64,000 nucleotides of DNA from an uncultured Campylobacter sp. (GTDB lineage: Bacteria; Campylobacterota; Campylobacteria; Campylobacterales; Campylobacteraceae), in NCBI GenBank assembly GCA_963519915.1, contig CAUQPE010000001.1, forward strand, positions 1,191 to 65,190. Direction: 5' to 3'. Numbering within the stretch: position 1 is the first letter of the stretch; each line of letters starts with the position of its first letter. This document shows, in pieces, positions 21,918-31,146 of this stretch. The translations under genes were made by a program, and so were the position numbers. Under the pieces are notes generated by a model. The model saw only the letters and a program-made list of their open reading frames with translations. It made no database searches and was not told the origin of the DNA.

Positions 21918-22628
21918 ATGAGCATTATTGCTTTTAGATTGTTCGGCGATTACGCTCATTTTTCGCATCCGGCGACGATTTATTCTAGCTTAACCTATCC
22001 GGTACCGCCAAAGACCGCTATAATGGGCTTTTTAGGCGCCGTTATAGGCGAAGAAGAGTATTTTAGGTTATCCGGTATCAAATACAGCGTAAAAATAGAT
22101 AGGCAAATTTTAAAAAAGAGTTTTGTTTTTAACGGCATAAAATTTGCCCTCTCAAGCAATATGCATATAGAGGAAGGCTATCAAAACGCCAAGGAGAAAA
22201 AGCAGTTTTACAGAGAGCTCATCTGCTCGCCGTCTTATGTCGTATTTTTAAATTTAGAAAATTTAGAGCAAAGCTACCGGGATAAGATAATTTCAAATTT
22301 AAAAGAGCACAAAACCGCCTTTACACCGTATCTTGGGATAAATTTTTGCATAGCCGATTTTAGCTGGATAGATATAAAAATATGTGAAAAAATATCGCAA
22401 GATGAAAGCTTTATAAATACATTTACGCTTATGGACGATTTTATTTTTAACGGTATTAATGAAAATGCGAAATTAACTACGGCTAGAATGCCTTGCGACT
22501 GCGAAAATGGACGAATTTTTAAAGATTTTAAAGACTTTGTAATGGAAATAAACGGCAAAGAAGCTATCAAATCTAAAAATCGCGGAAATATATACCGGAT
22601 AAACGATGAAAGAGTCTATTTTATTTGA
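21918..22628 (+). CDS. cas5: Type I-B Cas5
   Basis: FRLFGDYAHF....SSLTYPVPPKTAIMGFLGAVIG N-terminus and TPYLG motif. Confidence 0.93.
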   Translation: MSIIAFRLFGDYAHFSHPATIYSSLTYPVPPKTAIMGFLGAVIGEEEYFRLSGIKYSVKIDRQILKKSFVFNGIKFALSSNMHIEEGYQNAKEKKQFYRELICSPSYVVFLNLENLEQSYRDKIISNLKEHKTAFTPYLGINFCIADFSWIDIKICEKISQDESFINTFTLMDDFIFNGINENAKLTTARMPCDCENGRIFKDFKDFVMEINGKEAIKSKNRGNIYRINDERVYFI

Positions 22629-24825
22629 CGAGTTTTGGTCTCATCCAAATAAACTTTTAGAAAATCATATAAAAAATATGATCTCTGCTGGCGATGAAGA
22701 GCTAGATAAGCAGGTAAAACTCTATCACGACATCGCAAAACTAAAAAATAATTTTCAAATTTACATCAGAGACACCTCAAACGACAAGCTGGATAAAAAC
22801 CACTCACTCCTGTCGGCATATTTTTTCTTGCTAAACTCAAAATTTAATGAAATACCGACTTTATTTGGCTTTCTTGCTATCGTTTCGCACCACGGCGACG
22901 TATTAAATTTAGATAGATTAGTGCGCGAAGATAACAAATTCTTGGGTGATAATTTTGAAAATTCAAAAGAGCTAAAATACTGGAACGAAGTGGCCGACGC
23001 CGCAAAAAATATCGAGATTTATTCTAGATTATCCACCAGCAAAGACGAGTTTTTAAAGAAAGCTACAAGCCTTCAAATTTTTTCTTTCCGATTAACCTAT
23101 CGCAATTTTACGTATAAAGATTTCATAGATTTCAAAAGCCTATATTCAAATTTGGTTTATAGCGATAAATTTGAGGCTATCTTTAGCATGCCAAAACAGG
23201 AAACTAAAAATATACCGATAGATGTTTTAGAGGGCGATATCCAAAGTTTACCACCAAATAAAAAGCGAGATGAGTTTAGAAAATTTGTTTTAAACAACTT
23301 TGACGAAAATTACAAACTTTTTACTTTGACTGCGCCGACCGGCTACGGCAAGACCTTGACCGCTCTAAATTTTACCTTGAAATTTAATAAATCTCGCATA
23401 ATTTATGCGCTTCCTTTCACTTCGATAATCGATCAAATCTACGATATTATCGCGAAAATTTATAAAAATAGCGATATTTCTGTTAGCAAAGCTCACCACA
23501 AAACGATGATAGATGAAGAAAATCTAACCGAGGAGGATAGGTATTCTAAGATCAAATTTTTGATGGAATCTTTTAGTGGCGAGATAAACGTAACTACGCT
23601 TTATCAGCTGATATTCTCGCTATTTGGCAATAAAAACAAAGACAACGTCAAATTTAATCAGCTCAAAAATAGCGTCGTTATCATCGATGAGGCGCAAGCG
23701 ATCCCATATAATTTTAGAAAAGATTTTATCCTGCTTTGCGAGATCATCTCGCAGCGGCTCGGCACTATTTTTATATTTATGTCGGCGACGATGCCGGTTA
23801 TTAAAAGCGAAAATTTTAAAGAAATTTCAAATTTGGATTATTTTTCAAAGCAGGATAGATACGTCATAAAATGGCTTGATATAAGCGGCGAAGAGGGGCT
23901 TTTGGAGAAAATTTGCGGAACCGCAAGGGATAAAAATACCCTCGTCGTCGTAAATACGATCAAAAAAGCACAGGAGCTATTCGTAAAACTAAGAGATAAA
24001 TTTAGCTGTTTTTGCCTAAACGGATATATGTACGACGAGCATAAACGCGCCACTATCGAGACGATAAAGCGCGCAATAAATACAAATAAAGATAATCCGC
24101 TTGCGAGTAAAATTTTACTAATTTCCACGCAGTCTATCGAGGCTGGAGTGGATCTTGATTTTGACGTGGGATTTCGCGAAGTCTCGCCCATTAGCTCGAT
24201 CATACAGACCGCGGGGCGCGTAAATAGGCATTTTGGAGAAATTTGCGGAGAGCTATACGTCTTTCCTGAAATAAGCAAATTTACAAATTTAATTTACGGC
24301 GATCTATATAAAGTAAGCGGAACTATTTTGGAGGATTTTAGGCAAAGAGAGGTGCGAGAGAGCGAAATTTTAGAAATTTCAAATTCATTTTTTCAAAAAG
24401 TTAGCGCTCAGCTGGAAAAAGATACGGATGAAAGCGATATAGGAAAGAGAATAAAAAAGCTTGAGTTTGAGGGCATTAACGAGGATGTCAAAAAGGTTAT
24501 GGATGATAACTGCAAACAAACGCTAATAATCGAAGCAAAAGAAAATTTCATTAAGGATTTTGAAGCTGAAATTTTTGAAATTAAAAATAGTCCGAATGAC
24601 GAATTTACCATACGAGATATTTTAAAAAACCAGATCAGAAAGTTGTCGAAATTTAGCATAAACGTAACGTTTAAAGATAAAGAGAAATTATTACCGAATT
24701 TAAGGCAAATACGCGGGCTAAAAGATATGTTTTATCTGCCGTTTGGCTCGTCTTATTTTTATAGCGTGGATTACGGGCTCAAAAAAGATACGAATTTGGA
24801 TATCGAGGACGAGGTATTTGACTAA
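22606..24825 (+). CDS. cas3: Cas3 HD nuclease-helicase
   Basis: HD motifs (LYHDIAK, SHHGD, LVYSD), Walker A APTGYGKT, IIDEAQ, MSAT, STQSIEAGVDLDFD and QTAGRVNR. Confidence 0.95.
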   Translation: MKESILFDEFWSHPNKLLENHIKNMISAGDEELDKQVKLYHDIAKLKNNFQIYIRDTSNDKLDKNHSLLSAYFFLLNSKFNEIPTLFGFLAIVSHHGDVLNLDRLVREDNKFLGDNFENSKELKYWNEVADAAKNIEIYSRLSTSKDEFLKKATSLQIFSFRLTYRNFTYKDFIDFKSLYSNLVYSDKFEAIFSMPKQETKNIPIDVLEGDIQSLPPNKKRDEFRKFVLNNFDENYKLFTLTAPTGYGKTLTALNFTLKFNKSRIIYALPFTSIIDQIYDIIAKIYKNSDISVSKAHHKTMIDEENLTEEDRYSKIKFLMESFSGEINVTTLYQLIFSLFGNKNKDNVKFNQLKNSVVIIDEAQAIPYNFRKDFILLCEIISQRLGTIFIFMSATMPVIKSENFKEISNLDYFSKQDRYVIKWLDISGEEGLLEKICGTARDKNTLVVVNTIKKAQELFVKLRDKFSCFCLNGYMYDEHKRATIETIKRAINTNKDNPLASKILLISTQSIEAGVDLDFDVGFREVSPISSIIQTAGRVNRHFGEICGELYVFPEISKFTNLIYGDLYKVSGTILEDFRQREVRESEILEISNSFFQKVSAQLEKDTDESDIGKRIKKLEFEGINEDVKKVMDDNCKQTLIIEAKENFIKDFEAEIFEIKNSPNDEFTIRDILKNQIRKLSKFSINVTFKDKEKLLPNLRQIRGLKDMFYLPFGSSYFYSVDYGLKKDTNLDIEDEVFD

Positions 24826-25325
24826 TGTTTTGCAAAGACCAAATCACTGGTACGCTTGTGAATTATTACGTCACCTGCAAGCGCGAGGCGTGGCTTTATG
24901 CGCACCATATCCACGCAGATCAAGAGGATGAAAACGTGCTGATGGGCAAGGCGCTGGCGGACATCAAAGAGAGAGATTTGCAGGAGTTTGCATTTTCAAA
25001 TTTGAAATTTGACAAACTTTCCAAGCAGCGCGGACATTATCTCATCACTGAATACAAAAAGAGTCTAAAAAACGAGCTTGCGGGCAAGATGCAGCTACTT
25101 TTTTACATCTATCTTTTAAAAACGGGCTTAAATTTAAAAGAGGTAAAAGGCAAACTAATCAGCGGTAAAAAGGTGATTTTGGTGGATGATAGCAGCGAAA
25201 ATTTCGCTCTAATCAAGCAAATTTTAAGCGAGATAACGACTCTCGTAAATCTAGAGCGACCGCCGAAATTTACGCAGGGTAAATTTTGCGCAAACTGCGC
25301 TTATAGCGGGTATTGCGTGAGCTAA
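24825..25325 (+). CDS. cas4: Cas4 RecB-like nuclease
   Basis: ITGTLVNYYVTCKREAWL, D...EYKKS, QLLFY and terminal CxxCxxxxxC. Confidence 0.95.
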   Translation: MFCKDQITGTLVNYYVTCKREAWLYAHHIHADQEDENVLMGKALADIKERDLQEFAFSNLKFDKLSKQRGHYLITEYKKSLKNELAGKMQLLFYIYLLKTGLNLKEVKGKLISGKKVILVDDSSENFALIKQILSEITTLVNLERPPKFTQGKFCANCAYSGYCVS

Positions 25326-25336
25326 AATTTAGAAAA

Positions 25337-25615
25337 ATGTATGTGATTTTATTTTACGATATCGCCGGCGCCGAGCAAAAAGAGAAAAACAACGCAAACC
25401 GCATCAGAAAGGCGGTCGAGAAGTTTTTGCCGCGCGTGCAGTTTTCCGTTTTTGAAGGAGAAATTCGCGAGAGCGATTTTAAAAAACTAACCGCAATTTT
25501 GCAAAAAGAGTGCGTTACGCAGCTTGATTCTATCGTGATTTACACGTTTAATTCACTGAAGTATTCCAAGCGTATCGTAATCGGACAGGACAAAAGCGGC
25601 GCGCTGTTTAGTTAA
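25337..25615 (+). CDS. cas2: Cas2
   Basis: MYVILFYDI...RVQFSVFEGEI...DSIVIY. Confidence 0.95.
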   Translation: MYVILFYDIAGAEQKEKNNANRIRKAVEKFLPRVQFSVFEGEIRESDFKKLTAILQKECVTQLDSIVIYTFNSLKYSKRIVIGQDKSGALFS

Positions 25616-25681
25616 ATTTGCTCGCGTAAATTTGCCGAATTTGACGGCGCTTGAAATCCCGGCTAAATTTAAGGAAAAAAG

Positions 25682-26680
25682 ATGCAAAAAAGCGACAGGA
25701 CGCATTTTATTTTGAGTGCAGGCAGGCTTCGTAGGCAAGATAACAATATCTATTTTGACAAATTTGACGATACGGGCGCGGTCGTCGCTAGTAAAATTTT
25801 GCCGATAAACGCGATCGATGAAATTTACGTGCTGGCAAAAGTGCAGATCGACACCTACACTATGGCGTTTCTGGCGGACAACAACGTCCTTTTGCACGTT
25901 TTTAGCTCATATCAGAGCTTTCGCGGCAACTTTTATCCAAACACCTCAAACTCGGTCAATAAAAGCGGCTTTGTGCTACTAAATCAGGTTCGCGCCTTTG
26001 ACGACCCCATTAAGCGCGTCTACATTGCCCGCGAGATCACTCGCGCGCACATCCTAAATGACGCGGCAAACTGCAAAAGACACGGCGTAAAATTTGACGT
26101 CTCGCCACATATAGAGGCGCTAAACGCCGCCGCGGAGGTGCCTGTGATAATGGCGGTGGAAGGGGCGTTTCAAAAGCTCTACTACGAAAAGTGGAACGAG
26201 ATAATCGCGGATCAAAAAAGTTTTAAATTTACCGTCCGCTCCAAGCGCCCGCCCGCCGATAAAATCAACAGCTTCATAAGCTACGTAAATACGCGCATTT
26301 ATAACGTCTGCCTCAGCGAAATTTACAAAACCGAGCTTGATCCGCGCATCGGCTTTTTGCACGAGCCAAACTACCGCGCGCTGAGCCTGCACCTCGATCT
26401 TGCCGAGATTTTTAAGCCGATTTTGGGCGATACGCTGATTTTTAGCATGCTAAATAAAAAGGAGATCACCGCAAAGGACTTTCAAATGGACGCGGGACGG
26501 ATAAAATTTAGCAACGACGCCGTGCAAAAGATAGAGCTAAAAATGATCGGCAGACTTGGCGAAACGGTTTCGCTTGGCGGGCAAAATCTCACATGGCGGC
26601 AGGTGATCCGCCGCGAGGCTAACCAGATCAAGAAATGTATCTGCGAAGATGCGCCTTATGAGGGGTTTAGGTGGGGATAA
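25682..26680 (+). CDS. cas1: Cas1 (type I-B)
   Basis: GRLRRQDNNIYF, MAVEG, RSKRPP.D.INSFISY.N and LDPRIGFLHE...SLHLDLAEIFKP motifs. Confidence 0.96.
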   Translation: MQKSDRTHFILSAGRLRRQDNNIYFDKFDDTGAVVASKILPINAIDEIYVLAKVQIDTYTMAFLADNNVLLHVFSSYQSFRGNFYPNTSNSVNKSGFVLLNQVRAFDDPIKRVYIAREITRAHILNDAANCKRHGVKFDVSPHIEALNAAAEVPVIMAVEGAFQKLYYEKWNEIIADQKSFKFTVRSKRPPADKINSFISYVNTRIYNVCLSEIYKTELDPRIGFLHEPNYRALSLHLDLAEIFKPILGDTLIFSMLNKKEITAKDFQMDAGRIKFSNDAVQKIELKMIGRLGETVSLGGQNLTWRQVIRREANQIKKCICEDAPYEGFRWG

Positions 26681-27068
26681 ATTTGATATTTTGTCAGCGG
26701 GGGCGTCATTTTAAAGTCAAATTTGACTTTTGCACCCTTGCTACGGTGTTTGTTTTACGTCGAAATGGTGTTTGCGATTTTGCTTTGGATGTTTGTGGTA
26801 AAATACAAAATGCGCCCAACTTATAAAATTTGCTTTTGTCGTTGCGGGCGGATTGGGGTTGTTGAGTTGCCTTATCGCAGCGGGCTATTTGGTTTCTATG
26901 CGTCATTTTTAAAATCTAAATCATCTCGATGAAGCTTTTTCTAAGATTTTAAAAATAACGAAATTTAGGGTATTTTGTATCGATACTATTTTGCTTTTTA
27001 TGCAAATTTAAGGCGTAAAAATATAGACTTTGAGTTTTAATAGCCCTAAAAATGTATATTTTGGTGCT

Positions 27069-27228
27069 GTTAAATTTTACTCCGTTGGAGTTTGAAACAA
27101 CATCTCTTAGCCTTTCGTCTGTTTGCCCTTATTCTGTTAAATTTTACTCCGTTGGAGTTTGAAACACAAAGAGTGTTAATAATTGTTGTATCGCTTGCGT
27201 TAAAATTTACTCCGTTGGAGTTTTGATG
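27069..27228 (+). CRISPR. CRISPR array: 3 repeats (last degenerate), 2 spacers
   Basis: 30-bp repeat GTTAAATTTTACTCCGTTGGAGTTTGAAAC at 27069-27098 and 27136-27165, degenerate copy at 27199-27228. Spacers are 37 nt (27099-27135) and 33 nt (27166-27198). Internal ACTCC/GGAGT hairpin and GAAAC end; AT-rich leader on the cas1 side. Confidence 0.96.
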
Positions 27229-27327
27229 CAATCAATTTTTGCGGCTTAGTATGCTGTGCGATTGATTATAGACGGGCGACAAAATATAAAGTTGCAATAA
27301 ATAATTTATGATTTTCTGTTAACTTAG

Positions 27328-27933
27328 CTAATAGCCTACCGACTGATTGTTTACGAGAAATTTTTCTAGCTTGCGATTTTTAAAGAATTTGACGACGTCA
27401 AACGCGATCTTGGCAGCCAAAAGTGCCAAAAAAACGTGTCTAAAAGCATAAAATTTGCCTAGATATTTATGCTTTTTCATGAGCTTTAGAGCGAGCGATT
27501 TTATCGCTTCTATCGGCTTTTTGATTGCTTCGCCGATCATTTTGTCCTTTATCTCGTGGACGACGAGAGCGGTGATGGTTTTTAGGTATTTTTTAGTTTT
27601 GGGCGCTGGTAAATTTTGCGGTTTTTGCGTCGCGGTTTCGCCGTAAATGTCGCCGATCCAAGCTTCAAAATTTTGCCGAGCGTCTTTGCTTTTTAGGAGT
27701 TTTTCGCCGGTTTTACTTATCTCGTAAATCCCGCGCGAAGTCTTTAAAACGATCCTTTTTTCTTGCGACAAAGCTTGAATTTTAGGGCTATTTGCTATAG
27801 CGCTTAAAAGCGCGTCGGTTTTGCTTTGACTCGCACCCGTTTCGCGCGATAAAAACTCCGCTATCTCTTTACGACTTGCCTTTTTTCTCTCGTTTAAAAA
27901 CTGCGCCAATAAAAACAATCCTTGATAATCCAT
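27328..27933 (-). CDS. Hypothetical protein: Mrr N-terminal-like winged helix plus C-terminal hydrophobic helix
   Basis: DYQGLFL...SRKEIAEFLS...SRGIYEISKTGEKLL resembles Mrr_N; FRHVFLALLAAKIAFDVVKFF near the C-terminus; start position uncertain. Confidence 0.55.
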   Translation of the reverse strand: MDYQGLFLLAQFLNERKKASRKEIAEFLSRETGASQSKTDALLSAIANSPKIQALSQEKRIVLKTSRGIYEISKTGEKLLKSKDARQNFEAWIGDIYGETATQKPQNLPAPKTKKYLKTITALVVHEIKDKMIGEAIKKPIEAIKSLALKLMKKHKYLGKFYAFRHVFLALLAAKIAFDVVKFFKNRKLEKFLVNNQSVGY

Positions 27934-28438
27934 CGCAAAAACTCTCATTGTTATATTAAATTGAGAATTATACTTAAAATATCTCAAAATAAAATAAAAG
28001 CCAGTATCATTTTGATTTTGGCGCGTTGAGCAATAAACCAAAATTTGAGCTTTTTACGACATTTTTGGCATAAAACATTTGGGATTAATCTACACAAAAG
28101 CGACAGTATTTACTGCAAATTTTACCAAATCGCGCAGGGCAGTCTAGCTAACGCGGGTCGGTAAAATCACGAAAGATAGCAAATTTACCGACTAATTATA
28201 CGTACAAAAAGGGTGAAATTTAGTTGCCCGTCAGTCTAAATTTGAAGCTTGGACTTTAGCAAATCAAACAAATTTAAGCCCAAAGTAGCCAGAAATTGGT
28301 GCCAAATTTAGCTCGCAAGCAAATCCAAATTTGAGATGGCAAAGGATATATCTCCAAATTTTAGCCGCCAAATTTGCTATGAAAGCAATCTCAAATTCGG
28401 CGTCAAATTTATTTAGCGGCGAGCTTTTTAAGGTAAAT

Positions 28439-29425
28439 TTAACTAACGAAAAACTCCTGCGCAGCCTGCTTGCTCTCAAAAGGCTTCACGCAAATTTCGC
28501 GTTCGCCGACTCTAGCGAGCACTGCCGTATCCTTATCCGCTCTAGTGTAGGCAAGCGCCAGCCGCACGGCAAACTCGAGGTCAGCCTCGTTAAATTTAGC
28601 GTCCACGAAGCTCACTGCGCCCACGATATCGCCGTCAAATTTGATCTGCGTAAATTTGGGATTATTTAGAGCTAGCAGTTTGGCGTTGTCGTTTTCATCG
28701 CGGCCTATGACCATCTTGGTGCCGTTTGGTAGGCGCAGATGGCGTCCGACGCGCAGTAGCTGCATATCAGCGCTCGTCATATCCGGGTCAAATTTGATGA
28801 AATCTTTGATTTTATTCGCAAAGCTCTCGATCGTGAGTAGGCACCCGCCACCGGGCGTCTCGTACTCACTAAAGCCAAACTCTTTCGCAAGCGCGAGCTG
28901 CCTTTTGCGGTCGCGTCCGCTGATGGCGAGCAGTTTGCTGCGATCGACCCAGCCCTCGCGCTCCGGTTTTGTGGGCTTCATCAGCTGCGCAGACATCGGA
29001 CGCAGGATGAGATCCTCCTCGTCGCCGGCTGCGTTTTTGACCTGCGCCATCGCGTCGCGTCTCTGACTCATCGGACGCTGGCCGATCACTTCACCGGTCG
29101 CGATAAAGTCCGCACCCTCCGAGCGCATCATCGCAAGCGCCGTTTTAAACATATATCCGTGACAGTCTATGCAGGGGTTAAAGTGCTTGCCGTAGCCGTG
29201 CTTTGGCGTAAAAAGCACGTCGCGCAGGTATTCGTTTCTGATATCGATTATTTTAAGCTCGGCTCCGGCTTCGTTTGCGCGGCGGCGTAAAATTTCCGCC
29301 TTTTTCTCGTCGCCGCTAAAGCCGATATCGATGTGCACCGCCGTGACGTCGATGCCTTGGGTCGTTAGCAGCTTGATGGCGATCATGCTGTCCAGCCCGC
29401 CGCTAAATAAAACTAACGCTTTCAT
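28439..29425 (-). CDS. PP-loop tRNA thiolation-like ATPase (ThiI/MnmA-like)
   Basis: ALVLFSGGLDS, NPCIDCH, TGEVIGQRPMSQ and PGGGCLLT motifs; coupled to dnaG. Confidence 0.8.
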   Translation of the reverse strand: MKALVLFSGGLDSMIAIKLLTTQGIDVTAVHIDIGFSGDEKKAEILRRRANEAGAELKIIDIRNEYLRDVLFTPKHGYGKHFNPCIDCHGYMFKTALAMMRSEGADFIATGEVIGQRPMSQRRDAMAQVKNAAGDEEDLILRPMSAQLMKPTKPEREGWVDRSKLLAISGRDRKRQLALAKEFGFSEYETPGGGCLLTIESFANKIKDFIKFDPDMTSADMQLLRVGRHLRLPNGTKMVIGRDENDNAKLLALNNPKFTQIKFDGDIVGAVSFVDAKFNEADLEFAVRLALAYTRADKDTAVLARVGEREICVKPFESKQAAQEFFVS

Positions 29426-31083
29426 TTTTTATTGATTTCCTTTAAAATTTTGTCGATTTTTTTGAGTATGAGCGCCTTTTCCTCTAGAGGGATTTTCGCC
29501 GCCGAGTACTTTTTGTACATATTTTTATAAAATCTCGTTTTAAAAACATTCACGGCTTCAAAAATTTTCTCCTCGTCGGTAAAGGCGTCGTAGTTTTCAA
29601 ACATCAGCTCGCGCACGGCGGGATCGTCCGCATCGACCCCCTGCGCGACGGATTCGAAAATATCCCTGTGGCGGACGAAATACTCAGGCTTTAAATTTTC
29701 CAAAACGGTGCTTTTTAGATTCTCGTTTTCGATCATAGTTTTTAAAATTTGAAGCTCGAGCTGATCCTTTTGTCCGCGCTGATTTTTGCCCAAATTTTGC
29801 ATTTCGTAGGCTTGCATGCGCTCCTGAGCGGCTTGCATATTTGCGCCCCTAGTTAACCAAAACGACCCCTCGGCTATCTTTAAAATTTTAGCCACGAGCG
29901 GCGCGTAGGAGTTTGCGACGACGGGTTTTAGGCTCGCGGTAAAGGCCTGGATCGCTTCTAGCGCCTTTTGCTTTTGTACGGGGCGCGAGAGGTCAAAGCC
30001 GCTAGCTAGATGCCTGATGTAAAACTCGCCTATCTCCGTGCCGCTTTCAAAAATTTGCCGCAGATACTCTATCTTTCCCGCAACTACCATATCTGCGGGG
30101 TCTGCGCCGCCTTCTATGATGACGACGCTGCCGTCGATTTCGTTTTGCGCGAGCAGCAGGGCGGACTTCGTCGCGGCATTTATGCCCGCATCATCGCCGT
30201 CAAAACACAAGATGACGCTAATCTCGCCGCGTTTTAAAAGCGACAGGTGCTTGGTCGTGAGCGCGGTTCCAAGCACGGCTACGACGTTGTTAAAGCCCGC
30301 CTTGTGCAGCATGATGACGTCCACGTAGCCTTCGGTGATGATGATCTGATTTTTGGTGAAAATTTCGCGTTTTGCCAGGTGATAGCCGTAAAAAAGCGTC
30401 GATTTATCAAAAACTGCGGACTGGGGCGAATTTACGTATTTAGCCGGGTTGCCGCTGATCGTGCGTCCGCCAAAACCCACGAGCCGTCCCGCGTGCGTAT
30501 AGATAGGAAAGGTGATGCGGTTTATAAAGCTAGCGTAGATGCCGTTTTCGTTTTGCTTTACGATGCCGATTTCTAGGGCTTCTTTTGGCTCTATTTGCTC
30601 GTTTTGCAGTAGCCTTATCGTCTGTGCGCTCTCAGGCGCGAAACCCAGCTCAAATTTATCTATCAGCTCGTCTGTGATACCGCGCGAGTAGAGATACTCC
30701 ACGGCCGCGGGCGTTTTATAAAGTAGCGAGCGGTAAAAGGCGTTTGCGTTTTCTAGGATGTGCTTGTTTTCCTTCGCCGGTTCGCCGCCGCGTACGTAGT
30801 TTAGCGTGAAATTTTGCAAACTCGCGATCTTTTCGACGGCTTCTGGGTAGCTTAGCTTTTCGTAGTCCATCACGAATTTGATCGCGTCACCGCCGGCCTT
30901 GCACGAAAAGCAGTGAAATATCCCGCGCGTCGGGCTTACGCTCATGCTCGGGTTTTTATCGTCGTGAAACGGGCAGACGCACACGAAGTTCGCTCCGCTT
31001 TTTTTCAGCGGCAGATAGTGCCCGACTATATCGACGATATCGGTTTGCGCTTTTAGTCTTTCTATTGATTTTGGATCGATCAT
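29422..31083 (-). CDS. dnaG: DNA primase
   Basis: CPFHDDKNPS...FHCFSC zinc finger, FGGR, KYVNSP and TOPRIM EGYVD / FDGDDAG motifs. Confidence 0.98.
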   Translation of the reverse strand: MIDPKSIERLKAQTDIVDIVGHYLPLKKSGANFVCVCPFHDDKNPSMSVSPTRGIFHCFSCKAGGDAIKFVMDYEKLSYPEAVEKIASLQNFTLNYVRGGEPAKENKHILENANAFYRSLLYKTPAAVEYLYSRGITDELIDKFELGFAPESAQTIRLLQNEQIEPKEALEIGIVKQNENGIYASFINRITFPIYTHAGRLVGFGGRTISGNPAKYVNSPQSAVFDKSTLFYGYHLAKREIFTKNQIIITEGYVDVIMLHKAGFNNVVAVLGTALTTKHLSLLKRGEISVILCFDGDDAGINAATKSALLLAQNEIDGSVVIIEGGADPADMVVAGKIEYLRQIFESGTEIGEFYIRHLASGFDLSRPVQKQKALEAIQAFTASLKPVVANSYAPLVAKILKIAEGSFWLTRGANMQAAQERMQAYEMQNLGKNQRGQKDQLELQILKTMIENENLKSTVLENLKPEYFVRHRDIFESVAQGVDADDPAVRELMFENYDAFTDEEKIFEAVNVFKTRFYKNMYKKYSAAKIPLEEKALILKKIDKILKEINKK

Positions 31084-31090
31084 AAGCGAG

Positions 31091-31114
31091 ATTATACAAT
31101 CGTTTTGCTATAAT
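31091..31114. promoter_or_regulatory. Back-to-back divergent -10 boxes for dnaG (minus) and the lapB-like-rnhA-rnc-aroC operon (plus)
   Basis: TATAAT on the minus strand at 31091-31096; TGcTATAAT on the plus strand at 31106-31114. Confidence 0.7.
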
Positions 31115-31146
31115 CGGCGTTAAATTTGACTTTAGAAAGCGGCATT

